This document shows, piece after piece, positions 63,066 through 64,000 of a stretch of 64,000 bases of DNA. The stretch comes from Spirochaetes bacterium ADurb.Bin218 (GTDB taxonomy: Bacteria; Spirochaetota; UBA4802; UBA5550). Position 1 is the stretch's first letter. Every line of letters begins with the position of its first letter. The stretch covers positions 6,910-70,909 of the forward strand of contig MWCI01000008.1 in the NCBI GenBank assembly GCA_002069965.1, in the 5' to 3' direction. Under the pieces are notes generated by a model that saw only the letters and a list, made by a program, of their open reading frames with translations, was not told where the DNA came from and searched no databases. The translations under genes were made by a program, and so were the position numbers.

Positions 63066-64000
63066 TCATCAAAAAGGGATGGTTCCTCATCAAGCAAAAT
63101 GCCATTGCATTTTAGTCCAAGATGCTTATAGGCATTTAAGGTAACCATCCTGCCTCTGGAGGTTCTCTTTAGCAAACCGCTCTGGACAAGAAAAGGCTCA
63201 TAATAATCTTCAATTGTATCTGTCTCTTCTCCAACAGAGATAGCTATAGTTTTTAGCCCCACAGGTCCGCCATTGTATTTCTCAATAATTGATAACAATA
63301 TGCGTCTGTCCATTTCATCAAGGCCAAGCTCATCAATATCCAGCTGTTCAAGGGCATATTTTGTTATTTCCAGATCAATCTTGTCTTTTTTTCTAACAAC
63401 AGAAAAATCAGCCACTCTTCGCACAATCCTATTTACAATTCGCGGTGTTCTTCTGGATCTCTTTGCAATCTCAAGAGCTGCATCATCATCAATCTTTATG
63501 CCCATTATATTAGATGTTCTCATTGCAATTATCCTGAGCTCTTCTGGCTCATAGTAATTAAGACGAAGAGGTATACCAAAGCGATCCCTTAAGGCAGAGG
63601 TCAACAGGCCAGTTCTTGTAGTTGCAGCCACAAGAGTAAATGGAGCAAGGTTTAGTTTAATGCTCTTTGCACCTACCCCCTGACCTATAATTATGTCTAT
63701 AGAACGATCCTCCATAGCAGGGTATAAGATCTCTTCAATTGCCGGAGACAACCTGTGTATCTCATCTATAAACAACACATCGTTTTCTTCAAGACCAGTG
63801 AGAATTGAGGCCAGGTCTCCAGCCTTTTCTATTACAGGTGCTGATGTAGCTTTGATATTTACTCCCAGCTCTTGGGCGATTATAAATGCAAGAGTTGTCT
63901 TCCCCAAACCCGGCGGTCCAGAAAGCAAAATGTGATCAAGGGGCTTATTTCTTATTTTTGCAGATTCAATAAATATCTTGAGATTCTCAGTAACCTTCTT
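63062..64000 (-). CDS. ruvB: Holliday-junction branch-migration helicase RuvB; N-terminus lies beyond the window
   Basis: The reading frame is open to nt 64000 ([36 protein letters not shown]). Walker [10 protein letters not shown] and sensor regions [17 protein letters not shown] are present. The track start at 63928 is an internal TTG. Confidence 0.95.
   Translation of the reverse strand, partial: KKVTENLKIFIESAKIRNKPLDHILLSGPPGLGKTTLAFIIAQELGVNIKATSAPVIEKAGDLASILTGLEENDVLFIDEIHRLSPAIEEILYPAMEDRSIDIIIGQGVGAKSIKLNLAPFTLVAATTRTGLLTSALRDRFGIPLRLNYYEPEELRIIAMRTSNIMGIKIDDDAALEIAKRSRRTPRIVNRIVRRVADFSVVRKKDKIDLEITKYALEQLDIDELGLDEMDRRILLSIIEKYNGGPVGLKTIAISVGEETDTIEDYYEPFLVQSGLLKRTSRGRMVTLNAYKHLGLKCNGILLDEEPSLFDD

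Noticed and set aside
259-63935. About 90 short ORFs (60-173 aa) in the track lie antisense to, or out of frame within, the larger genes. Examples: 259-612(-), 825-1133(+), 7492-7833(-), 12379-12714(-), 19755-20105(-), 28294-28698(+), 30707-31063(+), 47796-48317(-), 50118-50504(-), 61797-62180(-), 63273-63554(+).
   Set aside because: Each is fully embedded in a longer ORF that has clear homology motifs. Their translations are low-complexity or Ser/Leu/Phe/Ile-rich, as expected for shadow frames of AT-rich coding DNA. None has an SD or a recognisable motif.
1-64000. I looked for CRISPR arrays, tRNA/rRNA genes, IS elements, integrases, phage genes, toxin-antitoxin pairs and known multi-gene defence systems.
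   Set aside because: I saw no regularly spaced direct repeats, no cloverleaf-like GC islands, no DDE/tyrosine/serine recombinase motifs and no defence-type gene neighbourhoods. The only nucleic-acid-modifying accessory gene is the lone methyltransferase at 50503-52191.

Overview
A 64-kb, AT-rich, gene-dense chromosomal segment with about 50 plausible CDS and many 1-4 nt overlaps or very short gene junctions. I recognised no rRNA or tRNA genes, CRISPR arrays, transposases, integrases or prophage genes. The two flagellins closely resemble spirochaete (Leptospira-type) FlaB core flagellins. Hybrid-cluster protein, indolepyruvate:ferredoxin oxidoreductase and the COG1900/COG2122/NIL-ferredoxin homocysteine pathway point to an anaerobe. 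Gene content from left to right:
- S41 peptidase (partial), HgdB-like protein, STAS protein, an ArsR regulator coupled to a POTRA outer-membrane protein, a DEDDh exonuclease-WYL fusion, murB.
- cysS, rlmB-like, lepA, ABC-F ATPase, EamA transporter, an RtcA-like protein coupled to serS.
- A Cache-like sensor with an unusual Cys/His tail coupled to a TetR regulator, a short RecQ, hcp with an FNR/HcpR box, dapL, an erythrin-VIT1 protein, a coiled-coil lipoprotein, and a degenerate 5'-nucleotidase-like protein with a beta-barrel tail.
- One long minus-strand operon: COG1900, COG2122, NIL-ferredoxin, histidine kinase, response regulator, MscS, histidine phosphatase.
- A secreted protein of unknown function, a radical SAM protein, an SH3b protein and an ApgM-like mutase.
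- A flagellar filament locus: flaB, flaB, flaG, fliD and an unknown acidic protein.
- paaK, ACT, iorA, iorB, then an orphan N6-adenine methyltransferase with an N-terminal HTH, and an M48 peptidase.
- A lipid locus: FadL-like porin, two tandem acyl-ligase/ACP/acyltransferase fusion proteins, and a PanE-like reductase.
- A MORN-repeat protein, yjbQ and ruvB (partial).

I found no clear-cut novel multi-gene system such as a defence island. The items most worth a second look are:
- rRNA-type BoxB/BoxA-like elements and GGA-loop hairpins in the long, GC-rich flagellin leaders.
- A near-consensus sigma-28 promoter driving a STAS anti-anti-sigma gene.
- The sensor with a CxxC...HGxCPxC output module.
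- The degenerate RNA-cyclase-like gene coupled to serS.
- The exonuclease-WYL fusion.
- The duplicated ligase-ACP-acyltransferase genes.

All calls come from motif recognition by eye. No database search, folding calculation or composition statistic was run. The ORF track shows GTG and TTG starts as M, and I revised several starts.
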